64,000 nt of DNA from Chthoniobacterales bacterium (GCA_015655545.1 JAATET010000070.1:11841-75840), one strand, 5' to 3'. Shown: positions 7,101 through 16,227, numbered from the stretch's first letter. The notes: a model not told the origin generated them from the letters alone. Made by a program: numbers and translations.

Positions 7101-10029
7101 TGTCGCCGGTTTGGGTCGAGGTCAGCGAAGTCAGGCCCGCGACCTGGCCGCCCGAACCGGAAAAGCTCGAAACGGTGAGGGCGGTGTCGGTGCCGACCAC
7201 GGTGCCGCCGGTCAGGGAGAGCGCGCCGAAGGTGTGGGAGCGGTTTGCGCCGAGGTCGAGGGTGCCGCCGGCGGTCGTCACGTTTCCCGTGGTGGCGAGC
7301 GTGCCGGTGGAGCCCAGGGAGAGCGTGCCGTCATTGATCGTGGTGCCGCCGGTGTAGGTGTTGGGGCCGGAGAGGGTGAGCATGCCGGTGCCGAGCTTGT
7401 TGACGGAGAGCGAGCCGGTCAGGGGCGTGCCGAAGATCACGTTGCCGGTGTGGTTGAAATTCACGACGGCCGAGCCGGCACCGCCATTCACCTCGCCGGC
7501 GGTCAGGGTGCCGACGGTGGTGCCGTTGCCGATGTTGAGCGTGCCGCTGGAGCCGGCGTAGTAACCGAGGTAGACGGTGCCGCCGCCCACGTCGAAGGTG
7601 CCTCTGGTGAGATTCACCGTCCCGTCGCCCAGGTAACCGATGTAGTTCGCCGCGGACGCGCCGGAATACGTGCCGCCGTTCACGTTCAGGACGCCCGTTC
7701 CCTCGTGGCCGACCTTGAATTCGTAGTTTTCGGTGTATTGGCCGCCGGTGTTGAGCGTGAGCGTCCCCGAGCCGCCGTCATACCTTCCGAGCGAGGTGCC
7801 GGAGGCGGAATAAGTGGCCGTGTCGAGGGTGAACGTGCCGTCGCCGCGGGAGCCGATGACGGTGGAGACGGGATTTCCGGAGCCGGTGCTCCACGAGCCT
7901 CCCGAGAAATTGACGACGCCGACGCTGCCCGCGTTTTCCGCGACGACGAGGGTGCCCGCCTGCACGTTGCCGCCGCTCAGGTTCAGCGTGCCGCCGCCGG
8001 ATTGCCCGACGGACAAATCGTCGTAGGCCGTCAACGCGCCGTTCGTCACCGTGATCGTGCCCGCGGAGTCCGCGTCCTGGCCGAGCACGAGGTGATGGGT
8101 CGTCACGTAGCCGCCGCCGACCGTGAGCCCGCCCGCGCCGCCGACACCGACGGTGAGGTTGTCCACGAGCCAGCTGCCGCCGGAGGCGGTGACCGTGCCG
8201 GAGCTGCCCGTGTCGCGGCCGATCGTCGCGCTGTTCATGACGGAGGAGCCGCTTTGCAGGGTGAACGAGCCGCTGTCGCCGGCGGAGCTGCCCACTTCCA
8301 TGGTATCGAAATCCAGCGAGGACGCCGTGGAGACGGCCGATCCCTGCCGGATGGCGAACAACCCCATGGAGCTGGCGCCGCCGGTGAGGCTGAGCTCGCC
8401 GGCACCGAGCTTCGTCACCGAGCCCCCGCCGCTGAGGAAGCCGCTCCATGTCGTGGAGTCGGAGCGGTTGAAAACGAGCGCCGCGCGGTTCCAGATGTCG
8501 CCTGTGATCGAACCGGTCGTGCCGCCGTTACCGATCGAGAGCGTGCCTTGGAAGATGGTCGCGCCTTGATCGAAGGTGTTCGCTCCGGTGAGCGTGAGCG
8601 TGCCCGCGCCCTGTTTCGATAGAGAGCCATCCGCGCCGACGAGACCCGTGGCAAACGTCACATCCTGACCACCCGTGTCGATGCGGTATTGCTGCTCGGG
8701 GGCGGTGCTGAAATGCGACGAATAGTCGGTCGTGTTCGCCGCGGAATATTGCAGCAAGCCACCGAGAAAGCTGATCGTGCCCGTCGTGCCAATCGCATTC
8801 GCGCTGCCAAGATTGAGCGTGCCGCCCGCGAGCGTGGTGCCGCCGGTGTAGGTGTTCGCGCCGGTGAGGATCGTGGTGCCCGCGATTAACTGGACGGCCA
8901 GACCGCCGGTGAGCTGCGGGGCGAAGGTGTAGGCCGTGTCGGTATGGTTGAAGTTCACGAGCTTCGCGCCGCTGCCGCTGCCGGCTGTAATGGTCGCGGC
9001 CAGGATGGTGCCGGGCGCCGCCGGAGCCTGGTTGGCAGCCGCGCCGATATTCAGCGTGCCGGCGGCGGAGCCGGAATTCGCGAGAGTGAGCGTGCCCGCG
9101 CCGGTCGCGCCGACCTTCACCGTGCCGCCGTCGGTGACGGTCAATGTTCCCGCGCCGTTGCCACCGACGAGGAGATAGTCGGTCGAGGTCCAAAGCGAGT
9201 TTGCCCCGGTGACGGTGACGGTGCCGTTGGAGCCGGCGTCGCCGCCGATCGTGCCGTCGGTGTTCGACACGTGACCACCGTCGCTCACCAGCATCGTGCC
9301 GGTGCCGCCGGTGCCGATGACCAGGCCGGCGCTATGCGTCCACGTGGTGCCCGAGCCGGTGACGGTGACGTGGCCCGTGTCGCTCGCGGTGTGGCGGCCG
9401 ACCAAGGCGAAGGTGTCGCTGGCCGTGGCGCCATCGCTGATGATGAGCATGCCTGTGCCGCCGTTGAGGCCGAGGTAGATGTCGGACTGGCTGGTCCAAT
9501 TCGCTCCGCTGCCGGTGACGGCGAGGGTGGCGGTGCCGCCGTCCGCGGCGATACCGGTGGTCTGGGCAGTGGTGACGCCGCCGTTGATGGTCAGGGTGCC
9601 TTCGGAAGGCGAAAACGCTCCGGTAAAGGAATTGTCGCCGGAGAGGATGAGCTCGCCACTGCCGAGTTTCGTAAGGCCGCCGTTCACGGTGTTGCCCGTG
9701 CCACCGTTGATCATCATCGCCGCCGTGACCTGCGGCGACGGGCTCGTGAGGGTGATCGTGCCGAGATTATCCTGGATGTTGATCGTGCTGCCGGGATCGG
9801 CGTTGGCCTGCGTGATCGCCCAGCGCAGCGTGCCGACAGCGCCGGTATCCGCGGTGCTGGTGACCGTGTAGGTCGCGGCCTGGGCGGAGCACAGGATCAG
9901 AAAAGCAGACGAGCTCGCGGCCAGTAGGCGGGTAAGCGTTTGTTTTCGCGCAGCTCGCGAGCAGCGCCGATGAGAAATGAGAAGTCGATTTCCGTTCACG
10001 CGCCCGGAAAATACGGAGCCTCCGGACAA
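4156..10029 (-). CDS. Giant (1957 aa) PEP-CTERM-anchored repeat protein (putative surface adhesin)
   Basis: C-terminus YTAVPEPSTYAIGIVALLGGAILMRRRR is VPEP + TM + basic tail, a PEP-CTERM sorting signal. The N-terminal signal is ...AFLILCSAQAATYTV. The N-proximal part has T5SS/PEP-CTERM-associated repeats (..TVTGSGTTWTHSAGLVIGTGGTGTMLVSDGGHVSN..). There are then dozens of autotransporter-associated beta-strand repeats (G-x-G-T-L-x-L-x-G-x-N-T-[YF]-[TS]-G-x-T-x-[IV]). TTG start at 10029. Confidence 0.85.
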   Translation of the reverse strand: MSGGSVFSGRVNGNRLLISHRRCSRAARKQTLTRLLAASSSAFLILCSAQAATYTVTSTADTGAVGTLRWAITQANADPGSTINIQDNLGTITLTSPSPQVTAAMMINGGTGNTVNGGLTKLGSGELILSGDNSFTGAFSPSEGTLTINGGVTTAQTTGIAADGGTATLAVTGSGANWTSQSDIYLGLNGGTGMLIISDGATASDTFALVGRHTASDTGHVTVTGSGTTWTHSAGLVIGTGGTGTMLVSDGGHVSNTDGTIGGDAGSNGTVTVTGANSLWTSTDYLLVGGNGAGTLTVTDGGTVKVGATGAGTLTLANSGSAAGTLNIGAAANQAPAAPGTILAATITAGSGSGAKLVNFNHTDTAYTFAPQLTGGLAVQLIAGTTILTGANTYTGGTTLAGGTLNLGSANAIGTTGTISFLGGLLQYSAANTTDYSSHFSTAPEQQYRIDTGGQDVTFATGLVGADGSLSKQGAGTLTLTGANTFDQGATIFQGTLSIGNGGTTGSITGDIWNRAALVFNRSDSTTWSGFLSGGGSVTKLGAGELSLTGGASSMGLFAIRQGSAVSTASSLDFDTMEVGSSAGDSGSFTLQSGSSVMNSATIGRDTGSSGTVTASGGSWLVDNLTVGVGGAGGLTVGGGYVTTHHLVLGQDADSAGTITVTNGALTAYDDLSVGQSGGGTLNLSGGNVQAGTLVVAENAGSVGVVNFSGGSWSTGSGNPVSTVIGSRGDGTFTLDTATYSASGTSLGRYDGGSGTLTLNTGGQYTENYEFKVGHEGTGVLNVNGGTYSGASAANYIGYLGDGTVNLTRGTFDVGGGTVYLGYYAGSSGTLNIGNGTTVGTLTAGEVNGGAGSAVVNFNHTGNVIFGTPLTGSLSVNKLGTGMLTLSGPNTYTGGTTINDGTLSLGSTGTLATTGNVTTAGGTLDLGANRSHTFGALSLTGGTVVGTDTALTVSSFSGSGGQVAGLTSLTSTQTGDTTFSGVLSATRLILDGPGTLTLDGSDDNVGATATVNAGTLVLAKAGTPGVTHAIGNNLIINSGGTVKIAGSTGDQIYKDAPVVVNTGGTLDLNGRDESLGSLTGAGTVTNSVSATTSTLTLGENVGGAFTFSGALTDGAGTLALTKIGSGTLTLAGANTYSGSTTVNAGTLQFANRDAFNVASAGTLSVASAATAAFNVGGANEFTTSDLGTISTQGTFSTGSLLGLDTTRASGGTFSVDAAQLGSVDLAKLGTGTLALGSANAFAGNIQIAAGTVDTGASAIDLAHFSGTGTLTGTGNFGYDSASDYSLGVALDGSASLAKLGTGTLTLSSANTYTGPTTVNAGTLQFDTRSSLYNGDTASWTAANFTVASGATAFFNIGGDGAFTAADITTLSSLGTASGGFRDGSSIGLDLRNFIEYDGILSNPNSGANHLGLVVKGEGWLILNNANTYTGGTTINDAVIYLNDNGALPTGGDLTLMNNGVFDLGVNHNQTIGALTVNGGTIFGNDSTTLTVSSFSGSDGLVNPGSLISTQTGDTTFSGALWNTLLTLDGSGTLTLDGPGSGNHVGVSAIVNAGTLVLAKTDTPTIDVGLTINSGGTVRIAGSTGDQIYKAAPVVVNAGGTLDLNGRDESLGSFTGGGTVTNTATGTASTLTVGEDTNADLAFSGAMQDGAGTLALTKIGTGTFTLTGENTFTGGTTISTGTLSIGDGGTTGSISGDIANNAALTFNRSDASAYAGVISGTGTLTKLGSGTLVLTGDSTYTGTTTINGGKLVVDGSIASSSLTRINNGGTLGGSGTVGAVTINSGGTISPGNSPGTMNTNGETWNGGGSYAWELNDATGTAGTNWDILSIGGSLDIAATGLGGANKFTIYVTSLDGSNVGGHPALNFNSLVDQSWVIATTTGAITGYSDGKFAIDTSAFFNATDPNSSWHLSVVPNGGGNNLVLTYTAVPEPSTYAIGIVALLGGAILMRRRRTILRK

Positions 10030-10056
10030 AGTAATACGCCCTAAAAAAGGGGGTGC

Positions 10057-10995
10057 TCAGGATTCGCCGAGCCAGAGCGACATAAAGGCGGGCCGCGACC
10101 GCACACCGAACTCGGCGTAGATCCCCTTGATGTATTTGCGCAGCGTCAGCGGTCGTTGTCCGGTCGCGATCGCGATTTCCTTCTCGGACTTCTCGGACAG
10201 AAGTTCCTGCACGATGCGCAGCTTGAGTGGACTGAGCGCTTTCACGTTGCGGAACACGCCGTGGAGAAGCAGCAGGCGGCGGTGGAATTCCCCCGCTCCG
10301 CGCAGCGCGGCACCAGCGAGGTCGGCTTCAGCCTTGGTAAAATGGCGGCGCTGGCGTGTGCCTGATGTGTGGCGATCGAGCAGGACGATGGACTCCACCG
10401 TCGGGCTCGCGGGAAAGACCGTCCAGATGCGATCGGCAATGTCGTTCTCCGTGTAGTAGAGCCGGTAGTGCTCGGTGCGGCGGAATTTCGCGTAGTCGAT
10501 CCAACCGTCGCGCAGCCGGTGCGCGCGGAAGATGCCGGCCTCGCGGACGGTTTGCCAGCTCGCCATGCCGATATGCACATCCGCGTTGGGGCGGTTGCCC
10601 TTGCGGTAGAAAGCGGACGTCAGCCGGCCGTAGTGTTCGTCGGAAAAATACGAAGCCACGAGCTGGCGGTAACTCTTTTTCTCGAGCACGAAAGATTTCC
10701 GCACGCGCAGCCGCCAGCCGAGGAGCGGGTCCTTTTTCGCGGCTGCGTCATCGAGCAGGCGCAGGCTGCCGAGCCAGATGACGTTGTCCGCGTCGAGATG
10801 CCGGCGGAACCATTGCATGAGGTGCACGAGGGCGTCGTCCGTGCGGCTGGCGGGAAAGGCGCCGAGTTCGTCCCATAATTCATACACGAGTGGCATCGAA
10901 GCGGATTTCACGGGAACGGGCGTCACGCCACCCTTGCAGAAAGCCGCCGCGCTCGCAATAAGCAGGGGGATGTCTCGCCGCGCGATCGATGCCAT
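10057..10995 (-). CDS. LuxR/GerE-family transcriptional regulator
   Basis: C-terminal HTH LSPLKLRIVQELLSEKSEKEIAIATGQRPLTLRKYIKGIYAEFGVRSRPAFMSL. It ends 27 nt upstream of the giant gene on the same strand. The more likely start is ATG 10896 (MPLVYELWDELG). The N-terminal domain is uncharacterised. Confidence 0.75.
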   Translation of the reverse strand: MASIARRDIPLLIASAAAFCKGGVTPVPVKSASMPLVYELWDELGAFPASRTDDALVHLMQWFRRHLDADNVIWLGSLRLLDDAAAKKDPLLGWRLRVRKSFVLEKKSYRQLVASYFSDEHYGRLTSAFYRKGNRPNADVHIGMASWQTVREAGIFRAHRLRDGWIDYAKFRRTEHYRLYYTENDIADRIWTVFPASPTVESIVLLDRHTSGTRQRRHFTKAEADLAGAALRGAGEFHRRLLLLHGVFRNVKALSPLKLRIVQELLSEKSEKEIAIATGQRPLTLRKYIKGIYAEFGVRSRPAFMSLWLGES

Positions 10996-12283
10996 CCAGC
11001 AGCCGTGGAGCTACGTGCCGACGATGGCGCTCTTCCAGTCGCTTGTCTTCTGCTTCGTGAGCATCCTTCCCGGGCTGTTCCTCAAGAGCCTCGGCGCGGG
11101 CAACGAGTTGGTCGGCCTCGCCTCGATCTTCGCGCTGCCGATCGCATTTCGATTTCTGGCAGGCATCGCGGTGGACCGTGGCGGCAACATCCGCACCTGG
11201 TCGCTCGTTACGCAGCTGCTATCGACCGCGACCGCCGTGGCCGCGGCGCTGTCGCTGCTGGCTGGCGCGCCGCTGGGCGTGACGCTCGGCCTTTTCGCGC
11301 TGGTCGGATTGATTGCGGCGTTCCAGGACGTGGCGACGGACGGCTTCTTCCTCTTCGCGCTGTGGCCCAGCGAGAAAGCTTTCTACTGCAATCTCAAGGT
11401 CCAGCTCTATCGCATCGGCATCCTCATCGGGCAGGGGCTCTACGTGATGCTGGCCGGGCGGCTGATTCTCGATCACCACACGCCCTCCGAGGCCTGGGGC
11501 CGCGTCTTCCTGCTCCACGCTATCGTGCTCGCCGCGCTGCTGCTTTGGAATGCCCTAAGCTTTCCGCGGCACGTCGCAGGCGAATCGGATCGCCAGAGAG
11601 AGACGACGACCTTCACACGCTGGCTGCGCATGATCATCGCTTTCGTGCGGACGCCGGGCATGGGATGGACTCTCGCGTTCATCGCGCTTTTCCGCGTCGC
11701 CGAGTCCGTGCTCACCGCGATGAAGGCGCCGTTCCTGCTCGACCCCGTCGCGAAAGGCGGCCTCGGCCTGAGCCTGCAGGACGTCGGATTCCTCAACGGC
11801 GTGCTCGTCTTCGGCATCTCGCTCCTGGGAGGAATCGCGGGTGGTCTCTGGGTGCAGCGCAAGGGCCTCAAGGGGACGCTCGTTGCTGCGGTGCTGCTGC
11901 TGAATCTCCCGAATGCTGTCTTCTTCTGGCTCGCCGTGCATCCGCCACTGGTTGCCGGCACAGTGCTCGGCATGCATCTTTCGTGGGAGGTGATCGCGTG
12001 TCTCGTCGCCGAGGGCGTGGCGAATTCCGTGGCGCTCGCACCCTCGATCTACCTGCTCATCGTCTGTGCGCAGGGACCGCATCGCGCATCGCTCTTCGCC
12101 TTCGCGTCGGGCGTGATGAATCTCGGCTGGACTTTGCCCGGGACCATCAGTGGATTTTTGCAAAAGGCGATGGGCTATCCCGCGCTCTTCTTCACGCTCA
12201 CACTGGCGGGATTGCCCGTCCTGCTGTTGATTCGGAGCATTCCGATGGTAGCGCTTGAATCGCGGGATCAAGCGGGAACCTGA
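10970..12283 (+). CDS. MFS transporter (AmpG/PAT-like)
   Basis: About 12 predicted TM segments. LPIAFRFLAGIAVDRGG and AAFQDVATDGFFLFAL resemble the AmpG-type loop and QD(I/V)xxD motifs. Divergent from the LuxR gene. Start is ATG 10970 or 11024; the ORF-track start at 10778 overlaps the LuxR gene and was rejected. Confidence 0.6.
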   Translation: MSRRAIDAIQQPWSYVPTMALFQSLVFCFVSILPGLFLKSLGAGNELVGLASIFALPIAFRFLAGIAVDRGGNIRTWSLVTQLLSTATAVAAALSLLAGAPLGVTLGLFALVGLIAAFQDVATDGFFLFALWPSEKAFYCNLKVQLYRIGILIGQGLYVMLAGRLILDHHTPSEAWGRVFLLHAIVLAALLLWNALSFPRHVAGESDRQRETTTFTRWLRMIIAFVRTPGMGWTLAFIALFRVAESVLTAMKAPFLLDPVAKGGLGLSLQDVGFLNGVLVFGISLLGGIAGGLWVQRKGLKGTLVAAVLLLNLPNAVFFWLAVHPPLVAGTVLGMHLSWEVIACLVAEGVANSVALAPSIYLLIVCAQGPHRASLFAFASGVMNLGWTLPGTISGFLQKAMGYPALFFTLTLAGLPVLLLIRSIPMVALESRDQAGT

Positions 12284-12319
12284 GCTACTTGTCCGACTCG
12301 CCGACGATCAAGCCGCCAA

Positions 12320-12595
12320 ATGGGAGAGAGTGGCGTCGCCGAATTGCCTTGTTCAATTCGGAAACCGGCCAAGAGATTCAAGACCACGGAATCGACGAAC
12401 ATGGGCTACGATCAAATTCAATCTGCCGTTGAAACCCTGTCGAAGGCATCAACCGAGACACCTGCACAGGTCGCCTATAAACACGTCGCCAACCTTGCGG
12501 CGAATTTTCTCAAAACTGGAGACTGCGCCGTGTTCAATGAGGATGCTCTACAATACTCGGAGCTTCAGGCAATGTTTGATGCTATCACCAGCTAA
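12320..12595 (+). CDS. Hypothetical small protein (no recognisable family)
   Basis: ORF in a locally lower-GC stretch. An internal ATG at 12401 (MGYDQIQSAVETLSKAS...) is a plausible alternative start. No motif recognised. Confidence 0.3.
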   Translation: MGESGVAELPCSIRKPAKRFKTTESTNMGYDQIQSAVETLSKASTETPAQVAYKHVANLAANFLKTGDCAVFNEDALQYSELQAMFDAITS

Positions 12596-12789
12596 AGGCC
12601 AGCATAGGGGAGCAGTTCGAAATCGGGACCACTCCATGGGAGATTTGTAGAATATAAAATAAAATATTTTGCATTAAACTTGCCAAAGGAGGATCGCGGC
12701 AAGTAAAGCCAAATGAATTGGCGAGTCTCGGTATCGCCATCTATCAGCGCCTCCTTTTTATGGATATTGCTGCTCTCCCCGCCCGTTGG

Positions 12790-15700
12790 ATGCTCCAACG
12801 GTTTGCGTTTATGGCTCTCGTTGTCATGCTGGCATGGGGCAGCCCATTGGCCCGTGGAGCTGATACGATCTGGATTTCCGGCGGCGGTGATTGGTTTGGC
12901 GGTGGCAATTGGAGCACCGGGCTGCCGACTTCGTCCACGGGCGCGCAAATCAATAATGGCGGCACTGCCGCGATCACCGGGCCCGGAGGAACCGCGCAGT
13001 ATCTTTATCTTGGCTATAGCGCAGGCAGTTCCGGTGCCGTTGAAATTTCCTCCGGAGGGACTCTTTCGTCGATGATAGGATACATTGGCAACAATACCGG
13101 CTCCACTGGCACCGCCACGGTTACTGGCAACGGCTCGCAATGGGCAAACACCGATTCCCTGCGTGTCGGCAATTTCGGCACCGGGACGTTGAATGTTCGG
13201 GATGGTGGAGTCGTTTCGAGCCCCTTCGGCTATATCGGCTTCAACATTGGTTCCAACGGCACGGCCACCGTGGATGGCGAAGGCTCGCGATGGACGAACA
13301 CCAAGGATCTTGTCGTAGCCAGGGGAGGAACAGGCGAACTGAACATCTTGAACGGTGGCACGGTCTCGAATGCCGCAGGCTACGTGGGCTTCAGTTCGAT
13401 GGGCAGGGTCACCGTGGATGGCGAAGGGTCGCACTGGATAAACAACGGCAATCTCGACGTGGGGAGTTAAGGTTCCGGCACGCTGCGCATTCAAAATGGA
13501 GGGGCAGTTTCGAATACGAGCGGCTATATCGCCTACAACAGTGGCTCCGACGGCACGGTTACGGTGGAAGGGCCAAACTCTCGCTGGACGAACAGCAACG
13601 TTCTACGCGTCGGTAACGGCGGCACCGGCACGCTGAATATCCTGGATGGCGGCATGGTCTCAAATACCATTGGCTCCCTGGGTTCCAGCCCCGGTTCCAA
13701 AGGCACGGCCACGGTTTCGGGCGCAGATTCGCTGTGGATGAATAGCCGCACTCTCTATGTGGGCGAATCCGGCGCGGCTGTCCTGAATATCGAAGATGGC
13801 GGCACGGTCTCCGCAACGGCCGGCCTCGTCATCGCATTCCGGAATTCTTCGACCGGGACGCTGAACCTCAATGACGATGGAGTTCTCCGGGTCGGTGGCA
13901 ATAACGGCCTCTCGGCCGGCGCGGGCGCATCGGCATTCCATTTCGCCGGCGGCACCCTGCAAGTGGCCGGCTCCGATCTCACCAGCTCGATCGACGCCAC
14001 TCTCAGCGGCACGACTTCCACGATCGACACCAACGGCTTCAATGCGACTTTCTCGGGCGTTTTCTCAGGCAGCGGAGGTCTCACGAAATCCGGCACGGGC
14101 ACGCTGCGTCTGCCTGGCGACCACACATATACGGGCGACACGAGCATTGAGGAGGGCAATCTCATCTTGAATGGCTCCATTGCCAGCGTAGAGACGGTGG
14201 TCCATTCCGCGGGGTTGCTCGGCGGCATTGGCACTATCGGCGGGCGGCTGGTTAACAGCGGCATCGTCAGTCCAGGCGACCCGGTAGGAACGCCCGGCAA
14301 ATTGACGGTGAGAGGCGATTTCGTGCAGAGTTCCGGCGGTGCGCTCCACATTGATGTGGGAGGGCGAATGCCTGGGGAATTCGATCTGTTGGATATCCGC
14401 GGCGCTGCAGCGCTCAAAGGTGCCGTGCGGCTCAATCGGCTTAACGGCTTTCAACTTGAAGCTGGCGACCGCATCGTTTTTCTCACGGCATCTGACGGAG
14501 TGACGGGGACGTTTGCGAGGGAGGAAAACGATTTCTCGACAGGAACAATGGTTTCCGGCCGCGTGGTTTACGGAGCCGACGACGCGGCATTGGAAGCGGT
14601 GCAGGAATCCTTCGAAGACGTGGAGGATCTGATCGGAAAGGAGTTTCCTGGGGAGAAACGCGAATTGACACCCGACGAAAGCGTCGTGGCCAAGGTATTG
14701 GACAGTATTGTGGATGATCCACGCGCGGAAGGGCTGATCGCGTATCTCGATGGCAGATCGTTGCCGGAATTGCCAGGGGACTTCGACCTCATTGCGCCGG
14801 AGGAATTGACGGCCATCTTTCAAATCTCCGTTTCGCTGGCGAATGTGCAGGCGCTCAATCTTCAGCAACGCATGAGCGATCTGCGCAATGGCGCGAGCGG
14901 TTTTAGCGCGGAGGGATGGTCGATCAATGGCACCGAATCGGCACTCGATGGCAAGCTCAAGGACGACAAGGAATCGAAGGCTGCCTTTGTGCCCTCACCG
15001 GATAACCGCTGGGGCATTTTCGTCACGGGTATCGGCGAGTGGGTCAATGTGGACGGGAACAGCAATGCAGCAGGCTACGACATCACTACGGCTGGCTTCA
15101 CTCTTGGTGTTGATTACAAGGTCACGCCCAACTTCGTGGTCGGCGTGAATGCCGGTTACGCAAACTCCGGTGCGGATCTAGCTAATGGCGGCCAACTATG
15201 GGTCAACGGTGGCAAACTCGGTCTCTACACGACTTATTTCACAGGCGGATTCTATGTCGATGCCGCTGTCAATGGCGGATACAATAGCTATGATACAAAG
15301 CGTGTGGCCCTCCAGGGTGATGCCCGAGGAAGCACCGATGGCGGCGATCTGAACGTTCTCTTCGGCACAGGCTACGACTGGCGGCTGGGATCGCTTACCA
15401 TGGGGCCTACGGCGACCTTCCAATATACATACGTCGGTCTTGATGGCTTTACCGAGCATGGTTCGCTCGCCCCATTGCGCTACGGCTATCAAGATGCCGA
15501 CTCGCTGCGCAGCGCTTTTGGCTTCAAGGCCAGTTACGATTGGAAACTTGGCAAGGTGTTCATCAGGCCGGGAATCCGCGCGGCGTGGCAGCACGAATTC
15601 GGCGACGATCCATATACATTCGACTCGAGCTTTGCCAATGGGGCCGGGAACACTTTCACCGTCGCGGGCCCGCAGATCAGTCGCGACAGCGCCCTTATCG

Positions 15701-15819
15701 GTGCCGGCGTGTCCGTGCAATTCAATGAATGCTTGATGGCCTATCTTTCTTACGACGGCCAGCTTGGGAACAATTACCAGAGCCAGACGGTTTCAGGGGG
15801 ATTGCGAATCGGATTTTGA
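12790..15819 (+). pseudogene. Autotransporter (type Va) with T5SS/PEP-CTERM-associated repeats, interrupted by an in-frame TAA at 13468-13470
   Basis: ORFs 12718-13470 and 13564-15819 are in the same frame, and the codons between them (GSGTLRIQNGGAVSNTSGYIAYNSGSDGTVTVEGPNSRW) continue the ~31-aa repeat. Signal peptide MLQRFAFMALVVMLAWGSPLARG|A. The C-terminal beta-barrel domain (GFTLGVDYKV.., LGLYTTYF.., last residue F) is typical of autotransporters. Confidence 0.8.
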
Positions 15820-15915
15820 ACTGCCCGATGGCAGCCTCGAAAGAAAGTGCGCCACCAGCCACAAGGTTCACCGGGCGGCGGTCGCTGGCATCTGCCCAAC
15901 CTTTCCCGCACGCTC

Positions 15916-15952
15916 AGGCGGGCGGCGGCATGACACCCCCGCCCGCCTTTTC
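15916..15952 (+). terminator. Rho-independent terminator candidate after the autotransporter
   Basis: AGGCGGGCGG (15916-15925) and CCGCCCGCCT (15939-15948) form a 10-bp GC stem followed by TTTT. Confidence 0.55.
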
Positions 15953-15957
15953 CGGGG

Positions 15958-16227
15958 TTACTCTTTCGGCGTTTTGAGAATCCGAAGCTCGCCGGGCTGC
16001 GTCTGAATCGTCAGACGGTCGCCGTTGACGAAGCCGAGATCGAGTAGCCACTTTCCCATGACGCGGATGCACGGAACATGGATTTCTCCCGTGGCACGCC
16101 GTTGGAGGATTCCGTGGACGGTGGTGCGGTGTGGTTCCTCGGGCTTGGGTTGAGGCTCGGCAGCCGGGGGAGCGTCTGACTTGGTGGAGCGGCGCTTATG
16201 TGTGTGGGTGGATGTGCGTTTGGACAT
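15958..16227 (-). CDS. SymE-like (AbrB/SpoVT-fold) small protein
   Basis: 89 aa with a basic, Pro-rich N-terminus. Its HVPCIRVMGKWLLDLGFVNGDRLTIQTQPGELRI matches the SymE core (E. coli [34 protein letters not shown]), recalled from memory. Confidence 0.55.
   Translation of the reverse strand: MSKRTSTHTHKRRSTKSDAPPAAEPQPKPEEPHRTTVHGILQRRATGEIHVPCIRVMGKWLLDLGFVNGDRLTIQTQPGELRILKTPKE

Noticed and set aside
6058-8622. 854-aa ORF on the plus strand, plus many other 60-400-aa ORFs between 4300 and 9930
   Set aside because: They are antisense or off-frame to the well-supported giant repeat gene. The translations are Gly/Ala/Arg/Glu-rich low-complexity strings, as expected from frame-shifted GC-rich repeat DNA.
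13468-13470. Recoding (selenocysteine or pyrrolysine) or programmed read-through at the in-frame stop in the autotransporter
   Set aside because: The codon is TAA, not TGA or TAG. I see no SECIS-like hairpin immediately downstream. A nonsense mutation or a base error is the simpler explanation.
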